A DNA stretch of 62,898 bases, the filler included, from Octopus bimaculoides (lineage: Eukaryota): assembly GCF_001194135.2 (NCBI RefSeq). It is 4 parts of 4 records of this genome, joined end to end, with 100 filler letters (N's around TTAATTAATTAA, not from the genome) between each part and the next. Parts side by side here need not be neighbours in the genome. Positions count along the whole stretch, not along the records: positions 21,446 to 33,768 come from NC_068985.1; positions 33,869 to 40,287 come from NC_068981.1; 2 more parts are not named here. One strand, written 5' to 3'. Below are positions 23,658-36,100 of the stretch, piece after piece. The notes under the pieces were generated by a model. That model was not told the DNA's origin and did no database searches. It saw only the letters and a list, made by a program, of their open reading frames with translations. The translations under genes and the position numbers were made by a program. How positions within the stretch are numbered: the stretch's first letter is position 1; each line of letters starts with the position of its first letter.

Positions 23658-24503
23658 ATGGAATTTTTAGATCCCAAATATGGAGTTATTCAACATCAAC
23701 GCATCACTTAAGGACATACCCATTCCACCAAAAAATACATTCCTTAAGCAGCTTATCAGTAAGACAAACTCTTTTATAAACCGAGTGAGATGGATAACAT
23801 GCTTCTTCGATAACAAGAATGACCTACAAAAAAACAAGGACCCATATACGGATTTTAAAAAACTACTCAAATCTAAGAACTACCCACCAATTAACCCAAA
23901 ACTTAAGCAATTCGAAGAAGAACTGTGGTCAATAGTGAAAAACGTGAAGTTTCAGAAATCACCATTAAGAAATAACCACCTCAGATACCTAAACAACTTA
24001 ACGAAGGAAATAAATAACATTAACGGATTACTAGTCAAGTCTGACAAAACAGGAAATATGTATAAATTACCTAAGGAACATTACAATGATCTCCTAAAAA
24101 GAGAAATAGAAAAAACTACCGAATCACAAGTAAAACAACACTTAGGAATGCTAACCTTGAAGCGAAAAAAATTATGGAGGAATATGATTTGCAAAAAAGA
24201 ACTGAACCCTTAAACCCAAAACAACCTTATTTCGTTTTAAAAGACCATAAGACAAACTTTTGGAATAGCCCTAAATTACGCCTAATTTGTCCATCCAAAT
24301 CAGATATTGGTATCCTTAGTAAAAATATACTTGATAAATACATTCCCACTTTAGTTAACAAATTAAAACTTAGTTTATGGTCTAATTCTTTGCAGGTAGT
24401 TGACTGGTTTCGCAATATTAACAACAAAAACAATGCCAAATTTATCCAATTTGACATTTCTAATTTCTATCCCTCAATTAACCCCATTATTTTAAACAAA
24501 GCC
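23658..24503 (+). mobile_element. Penelope-like element, 5' half of the ORF in inverted orientation
   Basis: MELFNINASLKDIPIP start, VKSDKTGNMY, LKDHK, RLICPSKSDIG and FDISNFYPSI motifs; one frameshift near 24110-24120; homology stops after ILNKA. Confidence 0.9.
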
Positions 24504-24646
24504 TCCAATTCTAGAAGTTATAAAGTCATCCAGAAACGGTAAATTATGTGATATGTAAACAAACATAAGTTTATTTTAGAAGTGTTGAAATGTACTGAAC
24601 AGTATATATAGGACAAAATCATTTAAGAGCAAAAAAATTTGTCGGC

Positions 24647-24718
24647 AACCAGCCATGAGAATCGAACTACACTCCTCCAATATCCGGTCAGATGCTCTAC
24701 ATTTAAGCTAAACTGCCA
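24647..24718 (-). pseudogene. Degenerate tRNA-like sequence (tRNA pseudogene or SINE head)
   Basis: ggcagtttagcttaaatgtagagc ... gttcgattc has A- and B-box-like motifs, but the acceptor stem and anticodon loop are imperfect. Confidence 0.35.
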
Positions 24719-24769
24719 ACCAGAAAATTCTTCTGGCGATAGATAGATAGAAAAATATACAGACAGATG

Positions 24770-24953
24770 GTTGTTTGGTTGATTGATTGATGGATTGATT
24801 AATTGATTGATGGATTTATTGATTGATTGATGGATTGATTGATTGATTGATTGAAGGATTGATTATGTGACTGTTAGTGATCCAGAGAGAAAGACAGGCA
24901 CAAGATCAGCGATGCAAATGTGGGGACTTGGAAAGAGAGCGAGAGGTAGCTAT

Positions 24954-24989
<36 letters not shown>

Positions 24990-25012
24990 ATATCTATCTA
25001 TCTATCTATCTA
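24770..25012. repeat. (GATT)n and (TATC)n tetranucleotide microsatellites
   Basis: Directly visible at about 24775-24865 and 24955-25012. Confidence 0.9.
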
Positions 25013-25799
25013 GATAAATACATATATAGGTACATAGCTAGGAATAAACAGCGAGATTAATAGACTAACAGATATGTAGTTAAGTAGATAGATAAACAGA
25101 AAGTGAACTAGAGAGACAGCGTTTGATAAATAACTAGACAGACAGATATAAAGTAAGCGTGATGATTAGTCAGTATTTCGGGGAACAACTTATTCCTCAT
25201 TGATTAACTATATATATGCTCCTATCTATTTTCCATACATGTGTACCCAAAAAGCTTTCCTCCAGTAGAATCAATGTAACTAAACCACATATTCGACATA
25301 TGGATGAAATATATTCAACAATTTCCCAGGACTTTTCATCGAAACAATTGTATAGATAATTCTCGCGTCAACTTGATGCTATTCTAACAGATACTAAAGT
25401 AGGATGCTACGTAGGAGTGTCCAAAATGTGACATTGTACTTGCCAAACGAAGTTGTTTGAACCTCGGTCACTGATTTTGCATTACTTTCTATGTGTGCTA
25501 TTGTTGATGATGTTATTATTATTATTACTAAGGCGGTGATCTGACAGAATTATTAGCACGTCGGACGAAATGCTTAGCGGCACTTTATCTACCGCTACGT
25601 CCTGACTTCAAATTCCGCCGAGGTCGACTTTACCCTTCATCCTTAAGTATCAGTTGAGTATTGGGGTTGATGCAAATGGACTATCACCCTCACTATAAAT
25701 TCCAGGCCTTGTACCCATAGTAGAAATGATTGTTATAACCATAGAAGTTGTCGACCAGTATTCAATATCGTGATGTTGTTGATTGAAAATATTATCTCT

Positions 25800-26480
25800 A
25801 CCGGGGGTTTGTACTGTCTGTCAAGTCACAACAAGGTCCTCAGACTGACAGTAATTTTCGCAATATACGTGCAATTCTAAGCAATGCCGAATTCTGTATT
25901 GCACCTAGATTGTAAGCTATTTCTAAAGTTTCCAGGTGTTTCTTCAGCTTGGGTGGTATTGAACCCAATACTCCGATGACAATAGGAACATTTTTTATGT
26001 TTGACTCTCGTAGCCGCCATATATTGGCGATCTCAATTCTCAAGCCTCCATAATTATGAATCTTTTCTCTTTCATTCATGATAATATATTGGTCTCTTGG
26101 CACTACTACGTCGATTAATAGGCATTCATGTTTGTCCATCTTCAATGTTACTCTATCCGGCCTTCGGTGCTCTAGCACATTGTCTACCTGGAATTCAATG
26201 TCCAAGAGAATTTTTGCCTTCCCATTTCATCCATTACATTTCCGGTGTATATTGGTACCAAGCACCCGTTGCCTCGTACCCATACTTCCATCATTGTATC
26301 CAGTGAAGGCTTTGCACTACCTTGTCGTGTCTGGGCAAGACTTTCAGAAACACTAACAATGTGAGTCATTTTCGACCCATTTCCCACAGATTCTGCAGAG
26401 GTTCGTTGCATTTCTATGGTACATATCCCTTTTCACTGAGTATTCAATGCCTGATTCTGGGCAACGATGATTAGGCTTTC
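25800..26480 (-). mobile_element. R4/Dong-clade non-LTR retrotransposon fragment 1 (CCHC knuckle and restriction-like endonuclease)
   Basis: Frameshifted CRICG...THIVS, then RPD...LIDVVVP.D...EREKIHNY..L..EI...W...VPIVIGVLG...IQNSALLRIARILRKLL. Confidence 0.85.
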
Positions 26481-26486
26481 AGTATT

Positions 26487-26571
<85 letters not shown>

Positions 26572-26576
26572 CATTA
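26487..26576. repeat. (CTA)n(TTA)n microsatellite between LINE fragments
   Basis: Directly visible. Confidence 0.95.
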
Positions 26577-28078
26577 TTCAGTAGTCTTATTTTTATCACT
26601 TCCTTTCACAGCACTACCGAGTGCAACTCTATCTGCCTTAGGTATGCGCTGTGGTTTCTTGTGATGCTCATATTTCCATTGCATTAAAAGTGCGTTACGT
26701 AGGAAAAGAGCCGTGCTTACTAGAACCATTTTCTGTATGTTGTGTATTCTTGTAAGTCCTGGTGTTTTTGTTATCTATTTGTCTGAATATTTCCCTATCA
26801 TACCTAATGCGCCTACTTTATGGGAACTGTTTCTCTTTTTAGAATCCACATTCGAGTTACCTCTATTTTGAAAGAATCTGTTTCTTTTATTGAAAATTTG
26901 TCATCTATTGCTATGATACATCGAGTAGAAAGCATTATTTTTTCAAAGTGATCTCTGACAACTATATCCGGCCTATTGGCTTTAATTTCTCTATATGTGT
27001 GTATTAGCATATCCCAGATTATGGTAGCTTTCTCATTGTCTGTGATCTTTTCTGGCGTGTGCCTATACCATCTTTTTTCTGTTATTATTCCATAGTGTTG
27101 GCATAGCTTCCAGTGTATGTAGGTCCCAGCTCTCATGTCTGTGAATATATCCTCTGTTTGCCAGCACTGAGCAGCCAAAGACAATATGATTTATTGTTTC
27201 TTCTCCGTCTCCACATACCCTGCAGTTAAATGTTTTTGGTTATTTCTGGTGGAAAGGCTTTGATGTTGTTCTCCAATTAAAAATCGTTCAGTCTCTACTT
27301 TCAGTACTGAGCTTATCAGCTATTGTTGGGATTTCGCTTTGTCTATTTCTATACTGTTTAGTTTAACCCAGTATTTACGATGAAACGACTTTTCTTGCCA
27401 TCGTTTCATCATCATCCGTTGCTGTTCCAGTTTTAGTTTGGTTTTCAGTTGTTTCACAGCTTTTTCTTGTGTTTTCTTGTTCTTCATAGTTGTTAGGTAC
27501 TATGGCTTCTTTTTTGTATTTGTCAGCTTCCTTAAAGATTGAAAACAGTTTTCTGTTTTGTTCGTGTTTTGTAACTATTTGTAATAGTTCTACTTATTTC
27601 TGAAGTAGGTATTTCTGTAGTCCTATGGTAGTTATTTTGTAATAGTTTTCTAGCTGTATAAGGCCTCTATCACCATCGATATATATAACACTTTATATAT
27701 AACATTTGTATGTAGGATTTTGGGTGGTGCATCCCAAATCCTATTATAATTGTTCTTGCTTTCCTGTCTATTTTGATGAGTTCATTTAGAGTTCAGTTAA
27801 GAATATTGTGGCTGTAACTTACCAGTGGGACGGCTAGAGTGTCGATAGCTATTATCTTCACTTTTGCAATGAGTTCTGTTTTAAGTATTAATCTAACTCA
27901 TGCATAGCATTCTTTTCTTATCTTCCCTTTCTTTTGTGTGTATTGTATCGTATCGAGTTCATTGATACATAAGTATTTGTATGTCTGACTTTGGTCTAAT
28001 TCTCTTATTTCATTTGCTCTATCTAGTGTGATGTTGCTACTCATAACTAAAATTCCTCTTTTCAAGGTTGCTTTTATC
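26577..28078 (-). mobile_element. R4/Dong-clade non-LTR retrotransposon fragment 2 (~1.5 kb, post-RT region to RLE and 3' UTR)
   Basis: Decayed frames read ELDQSQTYKYL, RLILKTEL.AK.KIIAI.TLAVP, IDRK, KRWQEK.FH, LKVETE, IHWKLCQHYG...WYRHTPE...IIWD...ANRPDIVV...EVTRMW. Confidence 0.85.
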
Positions 28079-28081
28079 TAT

Positions 28082-28169
28082 TTCTTCTTCTTCTTCTTCT
28101 TCTTCTTCTTCTTCTTCTTCTTCTTCTTCTTCTTCTTCTTCTTCTTCTTCTTCTTCTTCTTCTTCTTTA

Positions 28170-28254
<85 letters not shown>
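28082..28254. repeat. (TTC)n followed by (TTA)n
   Basis: Directly visible; explains the poly-F/L/S/Y ORFs. Confidence 0.95.
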
Positions 28255-28257
<3 letters not shown>

Positions 28258-28308
28258 TAGTTTTATTTTTATAACGTGCTTTCACTTCACTACCGAGCGC
28301 AGCTCTGT
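28255..28308 (-). mobile_element. R4/Dong-clade fragment 3, 3' terminus only (continues into the gap)
   Basis: cagtagttttatttttata...cactaccgagcgcagctct matches the 3' end of fragment 2 (26577-26635) and likewise abuts (TTA)n. Confidence 0.7.
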
Positions 28309-28995
28309 NNNNNNNNNNNNNNNNNNNNNNNNNNNNNNNNNNNNNNNNNNNNNNNNNNNNNNNNNNNNNNNNNNNNNNNNNNNNNNNNNNNNNNNNNNNN
28401 NNNNNNNNNNNNNNNNNNNNNNNNNNNNNNNNNNNNNNNNNNNNNNNNNNNNNNNNNNNNNNNNNNNNNNNNNNNNNNNNNNNNNNNNNNNNNNNNNNNN
28501 NNNNNNNNNNNNNNNNNNNNNNNNNNNNNNNNNNNNNNNNNNNNNNNNNNNNNNNNNNNNNNNNNNNNNNNNNNNNNNNNNNNNNNNNNNNNNNNNNNNN
28601 NNNNNNNNNNNNNNNNNNNNNNNNNNNNNNNNNNNNNNNNNNNNNNNNNNNNNNNNNNNNNNNNNNNNNNNNNNNNNNNNNNNNNNNNNNNNNNNNNNNN
28701 NNNNNNNNNNNNNNNNNNNNNNNNNNNNNNNNNNNNNNNNNNNNNNNNNNNNNNNNNNNNNNNNNNNNNNNNNNNNNNNNNNNNNNNNNNNNNNNNNNNN
28801 NNNNNNNNNNNNNNNNNNNNNNNNNNNNNNNNNNNNNNNNNNNNNNNNNNNNNNNNNNNNNNNNNNNNNNNNNNNNNNNNNNNNNNNNNNNNNNNNNNNN
28901 NNNNNNNNNNNNNNNNNNNNNNNNNNNNNNNNNNNNNNNNNNNNNNNNNNNNNNNNNNNNNNNNNNNNNNNNNNNNNNNNNNNNNNNNNNNNNNN

Positions 28996-29067
<72 letters not shown>

Positions 29068-29400
29068 GTCTCTTTATCACAAGTTTTGTTGGAGCTCCGG
29101 TAGTCTTGAGTGCGTAGTGGGCTTGCTACCTGAAGCCTAGTGTACCATGCTATTCGTTCTTTTCAGCTATCTAATACTTTCCTGCTTATTCTGGCCGTGC
29201 CAAAGAGGCAACACTTTTGTAAGTGTTCTGCTGGGCACTCTATTCCAATTTTCTTTATATTCCTCTTGATACCTTCTAAAACTGTTCCCGATGACCCAAC
29301 ATTCGAGTTACCTCTATTTCCAAGTCTTTGTATTTTGAAAGTTTCTCCATTTCTTTTAGAGAAACGTTGTCATCTGCTGGTATTGATACATCAATTAATG
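29068..29400 (-). mobile_element. R4/Dong-clade fragment 4 (RLE C-terminus and a different 3' UTR)
   Basis: Minus strand reads LIDVSIPADDNVSLKEMEKLSKYKDLEIEVTRM and EHLQKCCLFGTARISRKVLD; abuts (TTA)n at 28996-29067. Confidence 0.8.
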
Positions 29401-29414
29401 TTGTTGTTGTTGTC

Positions 29415-31000
29415 GTCAATACACAGGGCCAGATCTAAAGTCTGGACCTGTGCCTTGTTTGCTGTGAATGAGAATACTAGTTTTATAGGAAATTACCTGC
29501 GTCGTAATTGGGACGGCAACTGGTTATCGGCTGGTACAAGTGTTATCCGCGGAATGAACAGGCGTTTACCATTGTGGGGGCCAGTTGCAATCACTGCTTC
29601 GATAATATTGGAATTTAGTTCTGCTACTGTGTATGTTGATCCATTGCACTGTCCATTGGCTGGATCCAAATTCTTAAGGAGCATTATCGGACAATTCGTT
29701 TTCAATTTGGTTTTATGGAGTGGCAATGCCGATAAATTTAAGTTGTTCAAGAAATCCTGTGAGTACAGGTGATAGTTTTTCTCATATATTGTATCCAAAA
29801 TGCAGTACTCTCAACTTTCTCCAGGGAAGTTGCTAATCATGTGCTCATTCACACTGATTACCACTTCATTGGTTGTGGCGATGACAGTTCGCGAACACAG
29901 CCATGATGCGATTTTGTAGTTTTCATTTAAATCATTAAAGACGAATTTGCATATTTTGAAAATAGATGACGTTTCGATTACAAAATGTGGCCTAACTTGA
30001 ATCCGGAACCGATAAGTTGAGGAAGTTGCATCTGAAAAATTTCATGCCTTCAGGTTTTTTTTTTAATTTTTTAAATTTTTTTTTAGACTCAACTCCGTCA
30101 CAGATCTCCAGACGTAATATGTTTTCAAGGTGGGTTGCAGTATTTGGACACGACTACCACGTTCAGCAACAGGTAGAATATGCTTACAGTCGCCTACAAT
30201 AAGAACACATACTCATCCAAACAGGGATTCTTTCGCTCTGATATCGCGTAGGGAACGATGCAAGCATTCGTATATGAGCTTGTCACTGTGGCTGACTTCA
30301 TCGACAACTATTTGACTGGTCATTCTGAAGAGTTGCGCAGTTGCAGCCTGAGATGACACATTGCAGCAGGACTCTGGTCTTATGTCTATGGGCACTTTGA
30401 ACTGAGAATGAAATGTCCTGCCATTGTGTAGCAATGTTGCTGCAATCCCAGACAGAGGTGTAGTGAGTAGGATGTTTTTCTCCGAGGTATCAACAACACA
30501 ACTAATGGATGCAAACGCAAGTGCGTTATTATATACTCGAATATGTGTTATGGAATGTTTATCGTTCCGCAACGACACAATGTTTGCCGACAAATTGGGG
30601 GTGGATTGCAGCTGAATTTTACCGTTTTCGCAAGAGAGGACAAGTGGTTCTGCTGGCCAGTGCTTTGAATAACAATTTGGGCATATATAATCACCCAAGC
30701 TGCCGTAGTAGGGAGAACGGTATGATAACGGAATGTTACTTCGATAAAGTTTTCCTGAGTCGCTATCAAACTGTAATCTTAATACGTTCGTTGTCATATT
30801 CAACTAAGGAAATGCTTGCCAAAGCATTATCTTCCACGCGTTCTTGCACTTGTCTTGATTTCCGGCGAGCTACAGAGTTCCTTATCTGTTCACTTGAGGA
30901 TTTTTGCGTGTCACTTGGCGAGCTATCGTATCCCTGCTGCGTTCCGACACTCTCACTTCTATGTCACGTCGAATTGTATGAGCTTTTGTATCCTTATTCT
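29415..31000 (-). mobile_element. Internally deleted, degenerate Helitron (Rep-helicase N-terminus fused to a PIF1-type helicase)
   Basis: CPNCYSKHWPAE...CENGKI...IRVYNNALAFAS (N-terminal Helitron block); then SGIAATLLHNGRTFHSQFKVPI, IVVDEVS, VGDCKHILPV, WLCSRTVIATTN, IMLLKNLDPANGQCNG, FIPRI, RRRxFPIKL...NKAQVQT. The 5' limit is approximate. Confidence 0.85.
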
Positions 31001-31498
31001 GTTGGGTTTGCCTGTATTCACTATTAGATTGTCTCTTTTTATAGCGGTAGCTTTCCTGGTAGTCCTACCAATACCTGGTATCCGTTTTCAGATCATAATG
31101 GCATGGGACGAAAGAAAATTCAATAAATCATTACACAACTTTTTGCATACAATCGTTATTGACAAACTTCATAATAGTCATACACCGATTAAAGATGAGC
31201 CAAACCCATTGGAATCATTCCTTTGTAAAGCTTATAGCGTAATTCAGTGGAGAAGTTGATTTACTTCCCTTCGCTTTTTTTATTTTGAGTTATCTCCCCT
31301 TAATTTTTATTTAATTGTGTAAGCCGGTAAACTGATAAATTACCTTCAATATCCACTAAATGATCATACTTTTTCACAGTTCTTTCCCGCTAAAAACCTG
31401 CATGATTACCTCATTCGTAATTCCGAAAAAGATCGTGACCATTGATCCAGTCGTTTGACCGTCAGGAGGGTAAGGACAGATGTACATTACGCCCGTTA

Positions 31499-31563
<65 letters not shown>

Positions 31564-32969
31564 ATGTGAGCTGGAACTTTTGTTGGTACATTGGACGGAG
31601 TGTCTAGCGGCTTTTCTTTTGGTTCTTTATTTTGCGCTCACATTCAGCCGAGCTCAACTTTGTCCTTCCTTGTATCAGTTATTCGCTGACATCTGTGTAA
31701 TCAACTCTACTTCCCATCAAATTACAGGTGTTTCGAAAAATTTGAAGCCATTTTCAATTACACTTTCGGAAAATTCCTTTGTCAGCTTCCAGTGGGAGGT
31801 CACTAAAAGTTAGATTCGTTATGCTGTTGCTAATTGCAGCACTCACCCACCCCACAAGCATTGCTCCAATAAGAAAATATCCACTTTATAAGATTAAAAG
31901 GAATATATGCATGGGAGGGAATCGTCTTGGAAGATATCAAATTTTTTGACACAGTAAATGAAATATATAATATTGAATTTATGTATTTATTTTATTCTAA
32001 ACTAAGATTCTTATTTGAATCATAGAGCTGCTGATATTCTTAAATAGATGCTCTTTCGACGTAGTTGGGTTTCAGCCGTACAGCATTTTAGAATTCACAT
32101 GAGTATTAAATATTGTATTAGGCCAAATGAAATTATAAATGGAAAATAACGGAGAGGGATAGTACAGAATTAAGTTATTATGGAGCGTAGTTCCTTACTG
32201 ATATTAATTAGAGGAGAATCAGGGAATATATTTGATTCACTTATTAAATTTCTTTTCAACTAGACCTGAAGTTGTAACGTAGACATTAATCAGTTTTCGG
32301 AAGGTGTTTAATTGCAGTTAGTTTCAGTGAGATATTTCCAGACTCTCCTCACGATAATGCTTTAAATAGCGATCTACACATCAATATGAGTACCTGATTG
32401 TGTGCTATAGTCGTCAAATATTGTGTGTTAGAGTTTTTCTACACTCTTTCTACATCTGTTTATTTCTAAGAAAGGAGAAATATTTGTCTTCCATGTTTGA
32501 TTTTCTTGTGTTAGAGAAAGAAATATGCTTATGCATTATTTTGAATATTTCTTTTGGTTGCTACTTTATAATAGATTTTAAACACATGCGTACGCACACA
32601 CTAATCTAGCGAGAGAATTTTACCTATATTCTATGTTATATATATCATCACCTAACTGTTATCCGTTAGTCGTGTTTTAAATAGACAGGACTCCTAGAAA
32701 TATTACCTATTAAAAATTAGTAAGAACACTATACCCATGTAATTTTAATGCTCACCTTTTTTTTTATTAAGTTCTTATCTTTTCTTGTGCTACTAATGAG
32801 TACTCTTTGACAACTCATATTCTTAAAATGAATTTATTGTCTTCTTGTACAAAACGATCCTCTAGCGAATTGAATGAATATCTTATCCCATATTAACATC
32901 TAATCTCCTCCATTTATGACAAAATACGATTGAATCTGTCGAACTTAAATCAATAACTTAAACCATTTA

Positions 32970-33145
32970 TGTTTGTGTGTGTGTGTGTGTGTGTGTATGT
33001 GTGTGTGTGTGTGTCTGGGTGTGTCTGTGTGTGTCTCTCTGTCTCTGTGTGTGTGTCTGTGTGTGTCTCTGTATGTGTGTGTGTGTGTGTGTGTCTGTGT
33101 GTGTGTTTGTGTGCAAGTTTATGTATGTACGTATGTATGTATATA
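32970..33145. repeat. (GT)n/(GTCT)n compound microsatellite
   Basis: Directly visible. Confidence 0.95.
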
Positions 33146-36100
33146 TGTATGCCGAAGTGCATGCCACAAAGGACCACTCTGACCTGTAAAGTTAACGCCC
33201 TTGTACGCTGTTTCAATTTAATATAATATATATTGTCTCATGTTTCTTCAATGAAACTTACTGTGACATTCGCGTGACATTTTCAGGAAAAGAACTTTTG
33301 CACGGTATGTTAACAGCATTAATAAACATTAAAGTCATTAATAGATATTAAACATCATAATGGACAAAAAATAAGGATGTTACATTTCCATTCAGGGGAA
33401 GAACTTGCTCTATCTCCATGATTAATGTTTGCATTATTACATTTAGCTAAAGAAGCCCCCAATTCTATAATACAACAATATTTTAATTCAATCTAATTCT
33501 ATTAAATATTTGTAATGTTTGCGTTTTAATTAATTTATAAAATATCCAGGAACATGGAGCGAACTATGAGATTTCTCTTTTTTACCATTCTTTCTCAAAA
33601 GCAAATGGATTCCTTCATTTAAATTATATGCATGACATCGGGAGTTCCTTTTGCCAGTTTCCAAGACGTTTTGCAGATAAAAAGGAGAAACCCGGGGATG
33701 ACATTCTCCTAAAGTAAGCTTCTAAGAAATCCTAACTTTATGTTCATGTATAAACACGTGAATATATANNNNNNNNNNNNNNNNNNNNNNNNNNNNNNNN
33801 NNNNNNNNNNNNTTAATTAATTAANNNNNNNNNNNNNNNNNNNNNNNNNNNNNNNNNNNNNNNNNNNNGTCCCAAAGTCAAGACGCCGGGCCTTACCCCA
33901 AACCTATTTCACCGAAATAAAACCATAAAAATAAGTTCTTCAACCTCTCAAATCCTAGTTTATGAACTACAGAGCAAACTATATTTTATTTCTGAAACAA
34001 GGTCCTGACCAGAAGTTCACCCTTAAACATCCGGCTCCCTGCTTATCCAGTGTAATGTATCAAATTGCACAATATAAAAGACACCGCCCCTCAGAAACCT
34101 AAAGTGTGATGGTTGCCGCGGAAACTATTTCTTCTCTTAGTCTCTTCCTCTTTCCTAACCCCACCTCATCCGTTATCAACTCTGAATACGGAGGAATGTA
34201 AATGCTGCTGTTGCTGCTGCTGCTGATGTTGTCCGACAAGCGCCTATTTCGAAACTGGAAGAAATGCATACGTTAGGGTGGTATTACTTAGCGTCGGTGA
34301 GAGACGTGGAAGCCATTTTTTAGTGAAAGCACGTAGCCACTTTGCTTCATCATAATCGGGTGAGTCCCCAGAAATAAATGAAACCTGACTCCAAATATTT
34401 GGCAAAGTTTTTTCTGCTGCAGCTCAAACTATGTATAGAATTCAGACTGCTACTACTGCCACCAGCGGGAACATTTATGGAAGGACATAAGAGATATTAA
34501 ATATTTGGCGTATTTCCAGCATTTACAGAATAAATTCAGAAACATATTTATATAAATTTACCCAAATAATATCAGTCTGGCTATAAGACCAAATGTCTAT
34601 TAAAAAGAAGAAATAATCTTAAGTGTATGTTCATTTTAATAAACAAATAAAACACACACATGCGCACACACACACGATGGATGGATGGATAGATAAACAT
34701 TACCATAAAAGGAATGTCATATTGTATTGATTTTATATCAGCTTCATTTCCAAACAGTGGATCAAAATGTAGACATACATGAAATCTACGCCAGCTGACT
34801 TCTGTAACAGAAAGAATTAGGTTAAATGGATCGATATATCAGCGGAGAAAGTAGTAAAAAGGATTCCCATATTGTTTTGTTTAACACTTTGCTCAAGACC
34901 CAAATATAGAAAATAAAAGACTATGAAATAATAGTTTAATGCCCTCTCCCTCCATACACATATTGATGATGTGCTGATTAACATTTCACTTTGATCACAA
35001 TTGTTTTGGGGAAAAGAAAAGAACATTGTAATTCCCACTATCCTTTTCCCCTGTGAATCTGAGGTTTCATGCTTATGAAAAGATTATTTTCTGAAGAAGG
35101 TGAATTATGGTAATTTAAAACTAAATGTTTCCAGCTTTACATATGTCAACATCATGTTGTCTTCGTAACGTGTTTGAAACCTTTCTTAGTGCAGTCTAGT
35201 CTCCCTCCCGTTTTAGCGAGTCCCTCAGCTTTCTCTGATCCCACCTCCTCTTATTTATTTTATTTTTTTATAGAAATATCATTGGTATGAGTAAATTATT
35301 CAGTAAGACAATTCAAACAAAGGCAAACAACATTGCTTGTACCATATACTTTCCTCGGTTTGTTTTCTCATACCCAATCACCACAGGATTTCATGCTGTC
35401 AGCTAAAATTAGAAAATAGTTTGTCCGTTTTATCCTATGCTGTTTGATTTAACCTTTGTGTGCGAATGATTTGTGTTGTTAAGGGAACATACTCTTAAAA
35501 ACCCGTTATGAAAGGTTTATTAGCTATTAAATACTTATACTTTCTGACAATCCCTGAAAACAATCAATCCTATGAGATGTAGCAATTGATGAAAAAATAA
35601 TGCACCAGTGGGCTGGAAAATGTTCAAGTTATTATGAATTACAAATTTGCATAGAAAAACCGTGGATCGGGATAATACTAAATTGCTATTAGGGAGGAGG
35701 GGAATTAACTATGCTCATTGTCAAGTGGAAATATGTACATTGGATTTGTTGCTTTTATATTGTATCTTATTTTTTGTTTTTTCTTGGTCATAATTTGCTT
35801 CGACGGAATTCCATAAACTGGCAGCTTACAAAAAGAAAGAAACTATTCAAAGCAGAACTTTCATGTAGAAATGATTCAAGAGTGAAGTTTTACACGTCGC
35901 TCTAAAACTTCTGTTATAAGTTTCATCCCACTTCCACACATTGGAACTCAACTAAGTGCACAACCGATGGTCTACAAACGATTTCAGCTTTTATCTCGTC
36001 AATATTTTTTGTTGAATAAAATTTTACTAGATTTTATCTAACATCATACTTAGCATTATAGAGTATAAACATGTTGAAAATAGACATGGTATTGCAACTT

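Noticed and set aside
24647-24718. Functional tRNA gene
   Set aside because: The acceptor stem is mismatched and the anticodon loop is non-canonical, so it is kept only as a pseudogene or SINE head.
28028-29140. 370-aa poly-F/poly-L ORF
   Set aside because: It is (TTC)n, (TTA)n and N gap sequence.
29140-29772. 210-aa plus-strand ORF
   Set aside because: Antisense shadow of the LINE RLE and Helitron helicase fragments.
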